A stretch of DNA of 64,000 bases, taken from assembly GCF_006345805.1 (NCBI RefSeq), contig NC_043019.1:13453360-13517359 (forward strand), written 5' to 3'. This DNA is from Octopus sinensis (lineage: Eukaryota). Below, one piece after another: positions 1 through 14,219 of this stretch. Position 1 is the first letter of the stretch. Each line of letters starts with the position of its first letter. The translations under genes and the position numbers were made by a program. The notes under the pieces were generated by a model. It worked only from the letters and a program-made list of their open reading frames with translations. It had not been told where the DNA came from and made no database searches.

Positions 1-174
1 GTATGTATATTTACACACATACATATATGTATATGTAAATACACATACACACTATTTTGTATGCAGAGATCTTTATCTCCCATTTCTAAAACCAAATACA
101 CTCTCTCTTTCACACACACACACATATTGATGGATGATATCAGCTAATGTTACATACTAGGTACAATAATGATT

Positions 175-563
175 GTGGAGGCGCAATGGCCCAGTGGTTA
201 GGGCAGCGGACTCGCGGTCATATGATCGCGGTTTCGATTCCCAGACCGGGCGTTGTGAGTGTTTATTGAGCGAAAACACCTAAAAAACTCCACGAGGCTC
301 CGGCAGGGGATGGTGGTGATCCCTGCTGTACTCTTTCACCACAACTTTCTCTCACTCTTACTTCCTGTTTCTGTTGTACCTGTATTTCAAAGGACCGGCC
401 TTGTCACTCTCTGTGTCACGCTGAATATCCCCGAGAACTATGTTAAGGGTACACGTGTCTGTGGAGTGCTCAGCCACTTACACGTTAATTTCACGAGTAG
501 GCTGTTCCGTTGATTCGGATCAGCCGGAACCCTCATCGTCGTAACCGACAGAGTGCTTCCACC
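175..563 (+). mobile_element. Full-length tRNA-derived SINE (family A) with 12-bp target-site duplication
   Basis: A-box TGGCCCAGTGG and B-box GGTTTCGATTCC. Flanked by ACAATAATGATT at 163-174 and 564-575. Related copies at 1208-1500 and 52109-52270. Confidence 0.9.
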
Positions 564-1207
564 ACAATAATGATTATTTTAGTTAATGCTCTTTTTTGTT
601 TTTTGTCTTCAAATTCCATGTTGAATAAATTCTAATGAAATGAATACAAAATTTTCAGAATAAAAATATTCATTAAATCATATTTAAATGAACGCATATT
701 TCTTTTAGCATGTTTGCCATAGCTATATGTTATCAATAACAATGCTAATGTTTAACTATTAACATCTGTAATATCATCTGCCCCTTGTTATATGACAAGT
801 ATCGTTCTAATTAATTACATTACAATACTGAATTTCAACAAGATTGATGGAGGAAATTAGGTGACATTTGGAGGTCTTTGAAAATAAAAATATGGTTATT
901 GCCCTGTGAATTCCTGTTAGGGAAAGCTCGTTTTGTAACCAATTGCTGATGATTAATATAAAATACTTGAATGAATGAATGAATGAATGCAGGTGTCATT
1001 GTTAATGTGTGTTTCTTGGAATCAAATGTCACTGAACTAAATTCAGGCAATTCTAAGCCATCTAGAGAACTTCAGCATGCTAGAAATAACACCCTACTGT
1101 CTGTCATTACAACAAAATATTGGACATATTAGAGTATGAAGTTAGTCCTGGATATACCAAAATTCTAGACAGTGATTGGGTGTGTATGTGTTTAGGTGTA
1201 TATATAT

Positions 1208-1500
1208 GTGGAGGCACATGGCCTAGTGGTTAGAGCAGCAGACTCGGAGTCGAGATATCGTGGGTTCGAATCTCAGACCGGGCGAAGTGTGTGTTTATGA
1301 GCGAAACACTTAAGCTCCACGAGTCTCCGACAGAAGGTAATGGCGAACTTCTGCTGACTCGTTCGCCACAACTTTCTTTCACTCTTTCCTCCTGCATCTA
1401 GCAGCTCACCTGTGACGGACCGATGCCCTGTCCAGTGGGGAACCTATACACCAAGGAAACCAGCCCTTATGAGCCAGGCATGGCTCGAGAAGGAACAAGC
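1208..1500 (+). mobile_element. tRNA-derived SINE, family A relative
   Basis: Head GGAGGCACATGGCCTAGTGGTTAGAGC...GGGTTCGAATCTC; body similar to 175-563. Confidence 0.8.
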
Positions 1501-1555
1501 AAACAAACAACATATATATATATACACACACACACATACACACCATTTCATTTTA

Positions 1556-2150
1556 TATCATCATCATCATCGTTTGTCATCATCTTTCCATGCTGGCATG
1601 GATTGGATGGTTTGACTGAGGGCTGGCAAACCAGAAGGCTGCACCAGTCTCCAATCTGATCTAGCAAAGTTTCTATAGCTGGATGCCCTTCCTAATGCCA
1701 ACCACTCTGAGAGTGTAGTGGGTGCTTTTATGTGCCACTGGCACGAGGGCCAGTAAGGCAGTACTGGTATCAGCTACGTTCAAATGGTGCTTTTTACATG
1801 TCACCTGCACAGGAACCAGTCCGGCTGCACTGGCAATGACCACACTCGAATGGTGCTTTTCTTTATGTACCACCGGCACAGAAGCCAGTCAGTGGCCCTG
1901 GCATAGGTGCTAATCAAGCGGCACTGTCATTGGCCACAACAGTGATTTCACTTACCTCAACAGGTCTTTGCAAGCATAGTTTATCATCCATTGATTGACG
2001 GACAATCTTAAATGGGCTGGTCATGGTGCACTGGCATAGGCCACGGTTATGGTCTCACTTGGCTTGCCGGGTCTTCTCAAGCACAGCATATCTCCAGAGG
2101 TCTCGATCACTTGTCATTGCCTCGGTGTGGCCCAATGTTCGAAGCCATGA
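1556..2150 (-). mobile_element. 5'-truncated RTE-clade LINE: ORF C-terminus, 3'UTR and (GAT)n tail
   Basis: The minus strand of ~2054-2145 translates LRTLGHTEAMTSDRDLWRYAVLEKTRQAK*, an RTE-type 'DR..WR' C-terminus. It continues into a 3'UTR containing GGAAGGGCATCCAGCT that recurs many times in the window. Confidence 0.75.
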
Positions 2151-2377
2151 ATTTTGCAAATCATGCTTGTAATAGCCTATAGATGGGGAATACAACAACT
2201 AAAGCATGAGATTTGTGTAAACATATGTAGGAAGTCATCAAAGGATTTATGAATTTCCATCCAAATTTCCCATTATTACTATATATATTGTTGGTAAAGC
2301 ATAAATCCGGAAAAGAAACACACTCTGAGTTATATAGCCGTATATTATATAGATAAAGTTAGATAAGGCTGGTTTAT

Positions 2378-2438
2378 GGGATTACCTTGGGTTTCTCGTC
2401 ACTAAAGCACTTATCTTTATAGCGTATCGTCAGATCTC
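2378..2438 (-). ncRNA. Type-I hammerhead ribozyme motif in a short Penelope-like repeat (~2280-2470)
   Basis: Minus strand reads GAGAU-CUGACGA-[imperfect stem II with UAAAG/CUUUA]-GAAA-CC-caa-GG-UA-AUCCC. Core nucleotides are intact, with a GUA cleavage triplet. Confidence 0.6.
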
Positions 2439-2924
2439 AAACCTGTTGGCCTGTGGCCTCTCTTGCAATATATGTATACACACGCACACACAGATCTATG
2501 CACACACGCATACACACACACATACACACACATATGATATGTGACTGATCCTTTTTAAATTTGTGGGTATATTATTGGCTCCACCAGCTATGGGGGTTTC
2601 CTGTGTGGGAGGCATGGATATTTAAACTGGATCTGTCAAAATATGTGGCAGTATCTTACATATTCTGAGGAACCATAAAAAAAAACAGGACAAGGTGTTG
2701 GAGTTGGGGTTAAATTAATAAGCACAAAATACCTGTTTATTTCACTGTATACTTCTTTTGATTTGTTTTGTGGGTTTTTTTGGGGTTTTTTTTATATTTG
2801 ATACTCAGGAAGATATTTGAAATTGCAAGAGTTAGAAAAAAAAAGGGATTGTTGTATGAAATTGAATGCAAACAAGAGAGGAAAAGAGATAACAGGTAAA
2901 TAATAAGAAAATAGAGGGATAAGA

Positions 2925-3265
2925 AGATAGATAGTTGGGTGGATCAGCATAGTGGGTGGATGAATAGATGGATAAATAGATAGATAGATACATACATACA
3001 TACATACTTAAATGGATGGATAGATAGATAGATACATAGATAAATGGATAGAGATAGATAGGTAGGTAGAGAGATAGATAGAGAGGTAGAGAGATAGATA
3101 GGTAGGTAGATTGATAGATAGATAGATAGATAGGTAGGTAGGTAGATAAATGGATGGATAGGTAGATAGCTAAATGGATAAATAGATAGATAAATTGATT
3201 GATAGATAGATTAGATAGACAGACAAGATAGATTGATAGAGTGATACATGTATAGATACAGGGAA
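2925..3265. repeat. (GATA/GGTA/GGAT)n tetranucleotide microsatellite
   Basis: Direct reading of the sequence. Confidence 0.9.
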
Positions 3266-3534
3266 GTGAGTAGAATTAATAAGATGGATATGTTGGTAGA
3301 CATCTAGGAACATTGATAGATAGGTAGTTACGCAGAGATTGGTTGAGTGAGAATATCCCATTATTTTACTAATAATGACTAATTTGGTGACTACACTAAC
3401 CAGAATATGTTCACCTAATGGGATTATTCCATTTTCTTTTTTGTATGTTGTTGTAGCTGGGTTTTTTTTATGTTTTTGTTATTTTGTTTTAGAAAAAATG
3501 GCTGATGTGCACTGAAAGCACTTCCTCTCTCTCG

Positions 3535-3564
3535 TAATATATAAATATATATATTATATATATA

Positions 3565-3602
<38 letters not shown>

Positions 3603-3652
3603 ATTATATATATATATATGTATTATATATATATATATATAGATAGAGATAG

Positions 3653-3684
<32 letters not shown>

Positions 3685-4167
3685 TATAGATAGTAGTCTA
3701 TATATAGATATAGATAGATATATATATATATAGATATAGATAGATATATATAGATATAGATATATATATATATATAGAGATATATATCTAGATATAGATA
3801 ATATAAGATATAGATATATATATATATATATAGATATATATATATTTATATATATATATATATAGATATACATATATAGATATATAGATATATATGTATA
3901 TATATAGATTATATATATATATAGATAAGATATACATATATAGATATATAGATATATATGTATATATATAGTATATATATGTATATATATAGATATATAT
4001 ATGTATGTATAATATATAGATAGATATATGTATATTATATATATATATAAATATGTATGTATATAGATATATATATACGTATGTTTGTATATAGATATAT
4101 ATATATATGTATGTATGTATATAGATATATATATGTATGTATATATATATAGTTATATATATGTGGG

Positions 4168-4205
<38 letters not shown>

Positions 4206-4230
4206 TATATTGTTGTGTGTGTGTGTTTGT
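3535..4230. repeat. (TA)n/(TAGA)n compound microsatellite
   Basis: Direct reading of the sequence. Confidence 0.95.
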
Positions 4231-4604
4231 ATCTTTTACACATCAATAATTGTTCACCATAAACAAGATGTAAAGCAAGACAAACCAAAGAAAGAGACAG
4301 TAAAGGAAGAGGAGGAGGAGGAGGAGGAATGAGAGAGAATGTGTGTAGGAGGGAAGGTGAAAAAGAGTAGGAGTGACAGAGGTAGTGAAGGCCAGAGAAT
4401 GGTGATTGATAGATAGATAGAGAGAGAGACAGAGAGAGAGAGAGAGGGAGAGAGTGCAATAATGGTAGATGTCAAAGAGGATCTTTCCACGATGTAAACT
4501 CTGAAAGGTTTTCCCAGAAGAGAACAGCAGTGATGGAGTTTGATATTATTAATTCTGATGTTGACAGCGATTCTGAACATAGATAATGAGCAGGAGTGTG
4601 TGTG

Positions 4605-4653
<49 letters not shown>

Positions 4654-4835
4654 TGTGTGTACTGTTGCTTTTCTGTGTTTTTTTTTTCTGATTTCACTGA
4701 GAGCTGTCCATCCATCCATCCATCATCATAACCCTCATCTCCATCTCACCCTAACTCTCCACTCTTTCTTTCCTTCTTTCCCTCTTTCTCTTTCTCTAGC
4801 TATCCATCCATCTATCTGTCTATATAACCATCCAT

Positions 4836-4884
<49 letters not shown>

Positions 4885-4886
<2 letters not shown>

Positions 4887-5115
4887 TCATCCATGACCGC
4901 ATGTGTACCGTTGGCGATTTTTTCCCTCTGTCTTCCCTTCTCTGGATCTTTCCTTCTCCTATGTTTCCGACGAAGAGCTCCGCTCGAAACGCTAAACCCT
5001 CCTTCTTTCCTTCTTTCCTGAGCGTCCAATAATACTATATTTGTTCCACGTCCTCGCGTTGTTGTGTTTTTTTTTTTGTGCTTTCTTGTTTGGATTAACT
5101 TTATATATATATATA
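4885..5115 (+). mobile_element. Penelope-like terminal-repeat fragment (family F) with degenerate hammerhead at 4963-4997
   Basis: GUUU-CCGACGA-A-GAGC-ucc-GCUC-GAAA-CG-CU-AAAC. Homologous to 19310-19510 and ends in (TA)n. Confidence 0.65.
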
Positions 5116-6107
5116 AAATCTATCTACCTGCCTTTCTATGTATCTCTTTATCCACCTGTCCGTCTACCTTTCAGTCTATCTGTTCAGCTATCTATCTATC
5201 TATCCTACCATCCATCTAGCTGACTATCCATCCATCTACCTATTCTGTTGAAATTCCCTCCCACTACCTCCACTTGCCCCCCATCTCAATCCTTTTACTT
5301 TATCTATCTCGCTTGGCTTCCATCAAATCCTTCTCCCACTAACACAATATACCTCCGTCTCTTCTCTCTCCCTTTCTCCCTCCCTCTCTCACTCCCACCA
5401 CCTCAATGCCATGTGATGTGTTACTCCATTATATAGATCCCATTTCGTTTCTCCCTCTCTCTCCCTCTCTCTTTCTTTCTCTCCCTCCCCTATCTCTCTC
5501 TCTCTTTCTCTCCTTCCCCCTCTCTTTCTCTCCCTCCTCCTCTCTCTCTCTTTCTCTCCCTCCTCCTCTCTCTCTCTTTCTCTCCTTTCCCCTCTCTCTT
5601 TCTCTCTCTTTTACTCTATCAAAGCCCTACCCTCTGCCCATCGTCTGACTTGTGAGATGTTCCTCCATCATCTTTCTGTCCGTGTGTGTGTGTGTGTATA
5701 TTCATACACACACATATACATACACATATGTATGCACACAAACACACACACGTATTTGTATGTGTGTAGCCATCATAGTCCTCCCCACCAGCAACTCCAC
5801 CATTTCTGGTGTCTAAAAGGTTCTTTCTTTGTTAAGCTGTTGACTTGAATCCTCCATATTCTAAACCATAAACTTTCCTGGTTTAAAAACAGGAACAACA
5901 ACAACATCATGTTTCCTAAAACCGCCATTAACCTGGCTTTTCTTTCCTTTCTCTCGTCCTCTCCTTTTCGCCTTCCTTTTCTGTGTGTGTGTGTGTATAC
6001 CTGTATGTATATGAGATAGATAACCGAGTTCACTTAACACTGAGTGCTTAATAGATATCTACCTGGATTTATTAATCTCTTTTATCTTTTGTTATATGTA
6101 CGTATGT

Positions 6108-6148
<41 letters not shown>

Positions 6149-6469
6149 AGGATGATGATGATGGACTCTCTTGTGATGAACAACAAATGGGGGTTTTGTA
6201 AAATAAAGTGGCAATCGTGTTCTGTGGACACGAATGTGTCTCTTGAGGGCTGCTGGTGATGCCTTGAAAACCTTTTGGCAAAGGGAACAAGTTGGGGACT
6301 CAGATTGCTTGAGTGATTGTGGTTCATTTATTACGTGATTTCTTGAGTGGATGGCAAGGCCTTCTTTGCTTCTAGCCACAAAACCACAGTGATGGGTAAA
6401 GTTACCATTTAGAGCAAGGGTGGGGGAACCTTCTGCCCGTGGGCTCAATTGCACCCACAGGCTGGTATA

Positions 6470-6937
6470 CCATAAATCTTCGAGTATAGTCTGCAGGGGA
6501 TTTTTAGGGGGCTGTACCTCTGAAAAACCTAAACCTTGTGTATAATACGCACCCCTTCTCTAACTTGAGTGAAGAAGGTCTTTATAACATCCTTGGTTTG
6601 TAAAAATGTATACAGTAACGTCCTTTATTATTATTGTATATATAACATAATGCAAACGTGTAGCTTTTTTGTGCATTTTGTTTGCAGAAAATAAAGAAAT
6701 AACAAAGCAAGTTATGGATGATTCTTTTATGACTTCATTGCTTTCAGGCTTAGCTTAAGGTATTTTCGCGCCCGACTTCACAAAATGCGTCTGAATAAAC
6801 ACTGCCGGACAGCAAATAGAAACTCAGACATTGCCTAGAAAATAATTTTCATTTTTAACCTCGTATATAGTACGCACTAGGGATTTTGACCTTTAAATTT
6901 TGGGGAAAACATGCGGATTATAATCGAGGATTTACCG
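6470..6937. mobile_element. Non-autonomous Tc1/mariner-superfamily (pogo/Tc2-like) DNA transposon
   Basis: Imperfect ~26-bp TIRs CCATAAATCTTCGAGTATAGTCTGCA / TGCGGATTATAATCGAGGATTTACCG, with TA on both sides. Confidence 0.75.
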
Positions 6938-7004
6938 TAAATGTTAACGAGTTAATGATGTTTCATATTACAACCATTCAAGTAAAAAAAATTATTGTTT
7001 GCAG

Positions 7005-7180
7005 AGATATATCCAGACATTGGTGGTTTATCTGAAATTAGTTGGAGATTTTCACTCAGGAACCTTTTGCATGTTATGAGATCTTTTTCTTCTGTTGTAT
7101 GTCTTGGCATGATGTTAAAAAGAACTGATCCAGTTGAGGTGAACTAGTTCTGTCTTAGTGCTGCGATGTGATGTATGATT
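7005..7180 (-). mobile_element. Decayed CR1/L2-group LINE ORF2 C-terminal fragment
   Basis: Minus-strand translation LRQN*FTSTGSVLFNIMPRH...KRFLSENLQLISDKPPMSGY resembles the 'GP.LFN.LP...FK..LD..L..IPD.P' end of CR1-group ORF2. Confidence 0.5.
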
Positions 7181-7988
7181 TTTTGTAAGGACAGCTGGTT
7201 CAGGGATCAAGCCTTACTAAGGGTGCTCCCTAGATACACAAACTTCACTGTAGTAGTTGGTAGTAAATATGAAATTTCTGAATTTCTGTGGCAACATAAA
7301 AATTTTACAGAATAATGTTATTTCTCTCTGACAATTTCGAAATGTCATAGAAACTGCCATTCCATATCTAAATGAGTGTGTGTGTGTGTGTGTGTGTATG
7401 TGTCTGTATCTGTATGTCGCTGCATGTTTTGTGTATATGTATATTGTTATGGATGTCTACGAGTGGGTGTGTATCAAATTTTATTGCATAATTTTATAAT
7501 ACCAAATGCAAATAGCACTTTGTTTATTTGAATTTCAACAGGGTACCCCCACCACACACATATACATTTGCAGAGTATATAAAAGTATTAGATTAAACTT
7601 AATAGTTTCAACCATATTGTCTTCTGCTTCACTCAGGAAGTTCTTTCTGCCAATAATGTACGTGAACAGAGCTGTTGGAGTTGAGAAGTTTACTTTCCAA
7701 CTACATGGCTTCAGGTTCAATCCCACTGCACAGCACCTTAGGACAATGTCTTCTACTATAACAGCAGGTCAGCCAAAACCTTGTTAGTGGAGTTGGTGAG
7801 ATAGAAACTTAAGGAAGCCTATCATATATGTGTGTACATGTGTGTGCATATATATATGTGTGTGTGTGTGTATATGTATGTGTGTATATATTTATGACTG
7901 TGTATGTATATATATATATATATATATGTATGTGTATCTGTGTCAGTGTTTGTTTATATACGTATATATTTATGTATACTTATATATC

Positions 7989-8035
<47 letters not shown>

Positions 8036-8199
8036 TTGTGTATGTGCGTGTGTGTGTGTGTGTGTTGTGCTTGGGAACAGGTGAGGGTTGATGACAGGAA
8101 AAGCATCAGGCCCTACAAAATCCGCCTCAACACATTTCATCCAACCCATGCAGGCATGGAAAAGTGGTCATCAAGATGATGATGGTGATGACTATACGT

Positions 8200-8480
8200 G
8201 AGAATCAGTATAAGATTGAGAGGATGTGGCAAAGTCTGGAAAGAAATCAAGCAGCATGATTCACTGGATGTGTTGTGTTAGTTTTCAGGTACGATGAGGC
8301 ACAGATTAGCTGAGAGGTAAACTGGGTATAAGAGCAATCGGTTATAGTATATAAGAGAGACTGTATGGATATATAAGGTATATGAATGATGGAAGGTAAA
8401 TAAAGAATTTCCAGGAGATCCTTGTGGAAGAAACTAACAGAAAAGGAAGACTGAGGAAGATGTTGAATAATGTAGGCATG
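8200..8480 (+). mobile_element. Highly decayed RTE reverse-transcriptase C-terminal fragment
   Basis: Frameshifted remnants resembling LERN.ASMI.WMC, KLGIR and R.GR.RK. Confidence 0.45.
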
Positions 8481-9335
8481 GCTACCTTGGAGTACATTTG
8501 GCTGGGTGTGTTAATTTGGATAAAATAGCTGGTCTAGTTAGGTATTTAGCAGTAAAACAGTTGCTGTCATAAATTGGGTTGTCTCTGCTTTTAAAGAGGT
8601 GTTTGTTCTTGTGGCTACACTTTAGTACTATCTCTTAGTTTCTGTTGAGCTCCAGAATAGCGAAAGCAACATTTGTTTTTTTTTATTTTTTGTTTTGTTT
8701 TGTTTTTCTGCATTTCATGTTGTGATTTAAACTTACAGATCAGCAATCTATTACTGTGTATCTATTACTGTGTAGTTAATTTTCTTCTCCCTCAAGCTCC
8801 AGGTATACTTAGAGGTCTTGGTACTTGTTTGGTTTCTGTTTCACGAGCAGATATATTTATCGATACACAGTACTTTGATTCTGTATGTTACATTAGTGCC
8901 TTTGTCAGATATTTACATGATCGTCAGCTAGAGAGAGTATTATGTTACTGGTGCTGCCTACATTCTGGTGTTATACGACACCAATAGCTCCAAGCTATCA
9001 ACTAACAATGATATCAATATGAGTAGAACCATCACTAACTTTTACAAACTTTTCATTAAACAGTTTGCAGTGTATATATATGGTTGTATGAAAAAATACT
9101 TTCAGATGAACTCTAGAAAACTATATGGTTCTTTGACGACGTTACCATTCAGCTTAAAGGGTGGGTTAAGCCAAATGATTTTTCTTCGTTTCCTGCTTTT
9201 CTCTTATTCATTTCTTGGTCTTCTTGTTGCATATAGTCCAGTGTTTCACTTCCTCCCAGATTTTCTCAGTGCATCATTATAATGATACTGCAAAGCACAG
9301 CTGAATGCATTTTAGTATGAAAGATATGTTGATAC

Positions 9336-9387
<52 letters not shown>

Positions 9388-10381
9388 CGTATGTGCTTGT
9401 ATTTATGTGATATGCTTGTATTTGTGTCTTATGTATTTTGTGTCCACATGTGGTTTTCCTCTACATCGATTGAGTTTTTTGGGGGGTTTTTTGAGATTTC
9501 ATTGAAATATGATATTAATAGATTGGGAATTCAGCTTTAGGTATTTTTTAGAAAGCATATTCCTATCTTGAATATTTTACAATTAATTTTTTTTACAGGA
9601 ATATTAAAGCGATCTTGTAACATAGTTTATTTCATCAACTACATACATTTATATGTATGAATGTATGTGTGTATATACGTGTGTGTGTGTACATGTGTGC
9701 ACACACATACACACCTATATTTTTTTTTACTTCTTATTGTCATTTGACTGTGGCCATGCTGGAGCACCACCTTAAAGTCTTTTTTGTCGAACAATTTGAC
9801 CGCAGGACTTATTTTTAACCCTTGTACTTATTCCATTGGTCTCATTCCTGAACCACTAAGTTACGAGGACGTAAACACACTAATACCGGTTGACAAGCAG
9901 TGATGGGGGAGGGGACAAACACAGACAAAGACATGTTTATTGATGTAAACATTGACAGAAACATAGTTCAATTAAGTGATATCTACCATTCTGTATAATT
10001 TGAAAATTGATTTTCTTCTTACATTTCACTTCCACTAGATATATCTTTTTCCAAGGCTTTAGGCTTTTATTTAATCCACATATCATTCTATGTTTCTCAT
10101 TTATTTGGTTTCTGATTTTTTTCTTTCCTTTACCCCTCCTCTTTCTATAGGCTATCTTTGACGTTATATCCTCTAACAAAACTTAATAGCATTCTGTTCA
10201 TCACAATACATATCCATCATACTCTGTTAAAATGTCTTATTGACAAGTTTTATTTCTTCATTTCCCTGAAGAGAAGACTACATTATTTTACACCATTCTA
10301 TTCCTTTGTAATAATACCAATGATGTCTTCGAAACATGTGTCGGAAGTAGAAGAATTTGAATAACACCTGCATTTAACTCC

Positions 10382-10431
<50 letters not shown>

Positions 10432-10462
10432 TACACACACATACACATGACAAGCTTCTATC

Positions 10463-10578
10463 AGTGAAGATTGTTTGCCAATATAACATGGCTGTCCTGG
10501 TTTAGGACTGGGGCTAAATTACAGCAACATTCATCCTAAACCAGGACTGCCATGTTATATTGGCAAACAATCTTTACT
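10463..10578. repeat. Near-perfect 45-bp inverted repeat (MITE-like hairpin)
   Basis: Arms 10463-10507 and 10534-10578 with two mismatches (one is a G-U pair) and a 26-nt loop. Confidence 0.9.
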
Positions 10579-10636
10579 ACAAAGTACTGTTACTGAATAT
10601 CTCATGTTGTGAGATTTAAAAATAGTAATTTTCTAA

Positions 10637-10812
10637 GGCTTCTTTCAGTTTCCGTCTACCAAATCCACTCACAAGGCTTTGGTCAGCTTGAGGTTTTAGC
10701 AGAAGACACTTACTTAGCAGACACTTGCCCAAGATGCCACGCAGTGGGACTGAACCCGGAACCATGTGGTTGGTAAGCGAGCTCCTTACCACACAGCCAC
10801 GCCTGCACCTAT
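10637..10812 (-). mobile_element. tRNA-derived CORE-like SINE (family B), 5' half
   Basis: Reverse complement of GGCTGTGTGGTAAG...GGTTCAGTCCCACTGCGTGGCA.CTTGGGCAAGTG...GGATTTGGTAGACGGAAACTGAAAGAAGCC. Confidence 0.85.
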
Positions 10813-11401
10813 ACATATTTCATCATATCTATAATTCCTAGATTAAAATACCATTCTTGTCATTTTTTACATTCTGTTTAAATCTTAATAAATACTGATA
10901 AGCATTTTAAATTGATTTTGTTTTTTCCCTTTATTTAAAAAAAATTTTTTTCAGAAATTTTAGTATGCAAATCATTGTACTTGTAAAATATGAGAAAAAA
11001 AAACATAAATAAAATGTAATGAATGGGGTAGTATGCCTGCTTTTCTCTCTTCCTCTCTCGCATCCTTGCTCAAAATAAAACTCCATTAAATTTCATCTTT
11101 TAATTTCCTCCCAAAAATAACCATCATCATTATCGTAAACATCGTCATTTTAATGTCCACTTTTCCATGCTTGAACAGTTCAGATGGAGTTTATTCAGGT
11201 AGATTTTTCTATGGCTAGCTGCCCTTGCTGTTACCAACCCTCACCTGGTTTCAAGTGAGGCAATATATCCCCCCCCCCCCAGTTCCTGGACAAGTTTTTG
11301 CAGAATTATTGGAAATGCATAAGACACACTGTTTGTACAACAGAGGCACTCATTTACAACCATCACATTATGACCAAGTTAAGGAAATGTATATATGTAT
11401 G

Positions 11402-11472
<71 letters not shown>

Positions 11473-12326
11473 GTATATATGTATGTATATACATATGTAT
11501 GTATATATGTATGTATATACATATGTATGTATATATTAATTTATCCATCTATCTTTCTGTCTATCTATCTATCCATTTGTCCATGTATCTATCTATCTAA
11601 CTATCTATTTGTCCATTTATCTATCTGCCTGTTTATCTATCTATCTATCTATCTGTCTGTCTGCCTATCTATCCACTAATCCATCCATCTGTTTATTCAT
11701 TTGTCCATCTATCTGTCTATCTAAACTGATTTCTGTATCTCCAACTGATTTCATCATAGTTTATTTAGGAATTAACAGGAGTGGTGGTCTGGTCTGGCAT
11801 AGCTTGGTGTAGTGCAGTTTTTTTGGTTCTTTTTTATGCTAGGGTGGAGTAGATCAGTCATTTTTTGTTTATGTTTTTCTTTCCTTTTTTTTCTCCTTCT
11901 ACCCCACTCCCGTTATAGGGTCTTTTTCTAATGCTTTTTTTTTTCACTTAAAAAGGATTTTTTTCATATTGCCTTACTACAAAAATAGTTTAGCAGAATT
12001 ATTAGTCTTGTCATTGTTATTTCTTTTGGTTTTTGTTACCGTGTTTTTTTTTTGTCTTCAATTCCTAAGTTTTTCTTTATTTCTTTAGTTTAAAAAAACT
12101 TCAAAAAAAATAAATCATGAAATTTAATTTTCTCATGTCTAAAGACAGTCTAAATAAAGACATTATATTATATTATCAATTCATATGAATTAATTAATTA
12201 ATACACACCAATTGACTTTATTCATTATTATTTAATGTTGTATGTATACAGACAAATATATCCACACACACACACATGCACATAGAAAGGTAGTAAGGTA
12301 GATAAACACAGTTTGGTGTGTTACAC

Positions 12327-12680
12327 ATATTTACATGGAGCACAAAAGGTACAGAAAAAGGTAAGAAAAAATATATATATATATATACAGAAATTATGGA
12401 ATATGTTCTCGACAGCTGTTTCAGTAAGCCAAGACTTATGTAATTACCATCATTTACTGTTGATACATGCATAAACCCATAGGTATGCAACAGGTGACCA
12501 GTCAGATGAAGTTATGACAGTAAGTCACTTTGAAAGACTTGATGCCTTTATCAACTGTAAATTATGGTTATTACATAAATCTTGTCTTCTTGAAACAGCT
12601 GTTCAGATAAGGAAGTATATAATTTTGATATACTTTTTTTCCATATTTGTATTCTGTATTTTTTATGCTCCATGTAAATA
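12327..12680. repeat. Long imperfect inverted repeat (foldback element)
   Basis: ATTTACATGGAGCA pairs with TGCTCCATGTAAAT. ACAGCTGTTTCAGTAAGCCAAGACTTATGTAATTACCATCATTTACTGTTGATA pairs with TATCAACTGTAAATTATGGTTATTACATAAATCTTGTCTTCTTGAAACAGCTGT. Confidence 0.8.
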
Positions 12681-14159
12681 CACTTCAAGCCTAATTGCAT
12701 TTGTGTACGTTTCTTTCTGCCTTCATATTAGCTTGATTTCAATTACTTTTATCACCACTCTGGATGCCGTGGGCCTTGGCCTAGATGAAGAAGTTGACAC
12801 ACAGCCACTATAACTACTACTACACTGGACCTTAAATAATGGTCTTCCACCAATGTGTTGCGCATCGAGTTTAAAAATTTTATATATGGAAACTGTAAAG
12901 AAGCTTTCATCTTCCTCTTTGTATATATACATATATATATATACACACAAACATATATATATATATATATAATGTATGTGTATAGACTGCATACTTGTAC
13001 AAAATACAATCATGTTCATGTCTATATACATGTGTGCACATAAGCACATGCATGTGCATACAAGAGAGTATTTATATGCACATAATAACGCAGCTGCACA
13101 CTTACACATGCATATATTATACACACAATCGTATACAGTTGTAAGACACTCTATATGTTTATGTTCTCTATCTAAATGAAATGGATTTTTTTTTCGGATG
13201 ATGCCAAACGTTTTGTATTCTCATTTCTGTTTTAATCCATATAATCATGTATATATGTGTGTGTGTATATATATGTGCATATGTGTGTGTGTATATATAT
13301 ATATGTGTGTGTGTGTGTGTATGTATGTATATATGTGTGTGTGTGTATATATATATATGTGTGTGTGTGTATATATATATGTGCGTATATGTGTGTGTGT
13401 GTGTATATATATATGTGTGTGTATGTATGTGTATATATATGTGCATGTATATATATGTGTATATATGTATTTATATATATAAGTGTGTGTGTGTATATAT
13501 ATATATGTGTGTGTGTATATGTATATATATATATATAAACACATATATATGTATATATATTTATATATGTATATATACATGTATATATATATATACATAG
13601 ATATGTTCACACACACTCTCTTTTTCTTTCTCTCTCTCCTCTCTCTCTCTCTCATTCTCTCATTGGCAATTTCTTGTGTAACATTTGGACAGATTATATA
13701 GGATTTAAGATAGGAAATCTTGCCAGGAAGTTTTGCAACATGGTAATTACTGATAAAAACTCTTCGGCAAGGTACCATGCAAGCTGTTAATAACTTTAGA
13801 GGCATAATACTACTTTACTCCTTAACTCTTTAATAAATGGATCCTGTCTACGGCTAAGCACACTGTGTTAATGGCACGAAGCTCTGTGTTGCACTTAGCT
13901 TTTATTGGCTTATCACCAGTCACTGGAGCATAAGATATTACACACTGCACTGCTTACCTTGTTAAGATGTGTATCTCTGTGTGTGTGCAGTATATAGAAA
14001 AATAGAGATAAATGCTTATATATATATATATGTATATATTTTAGCATCTGTGTATTGAGTGTGAAGGCATGTGGCCCAGTGGCCCAGCTAGATCGTGAGT
14101 TCAGTTCCTTCATTGGGCAGTGCATTGTGTTCTTGAGCAAGACACTTCATTTTACGTTA

Positions 14160-14188
14160 TTCCGAGTTCGATTCCATGCAGTGACCTA

Positions 14189-14219
<31 letters not shown>

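Noticed and set aside
175-252. Functional tRNA genes at the SINE heads (also 1210, 26290, 52111, 61381)
   Set aside because: The acceptor stems do not pair properly, and each head runs into a repeated SINE body; one copy has TSDs.
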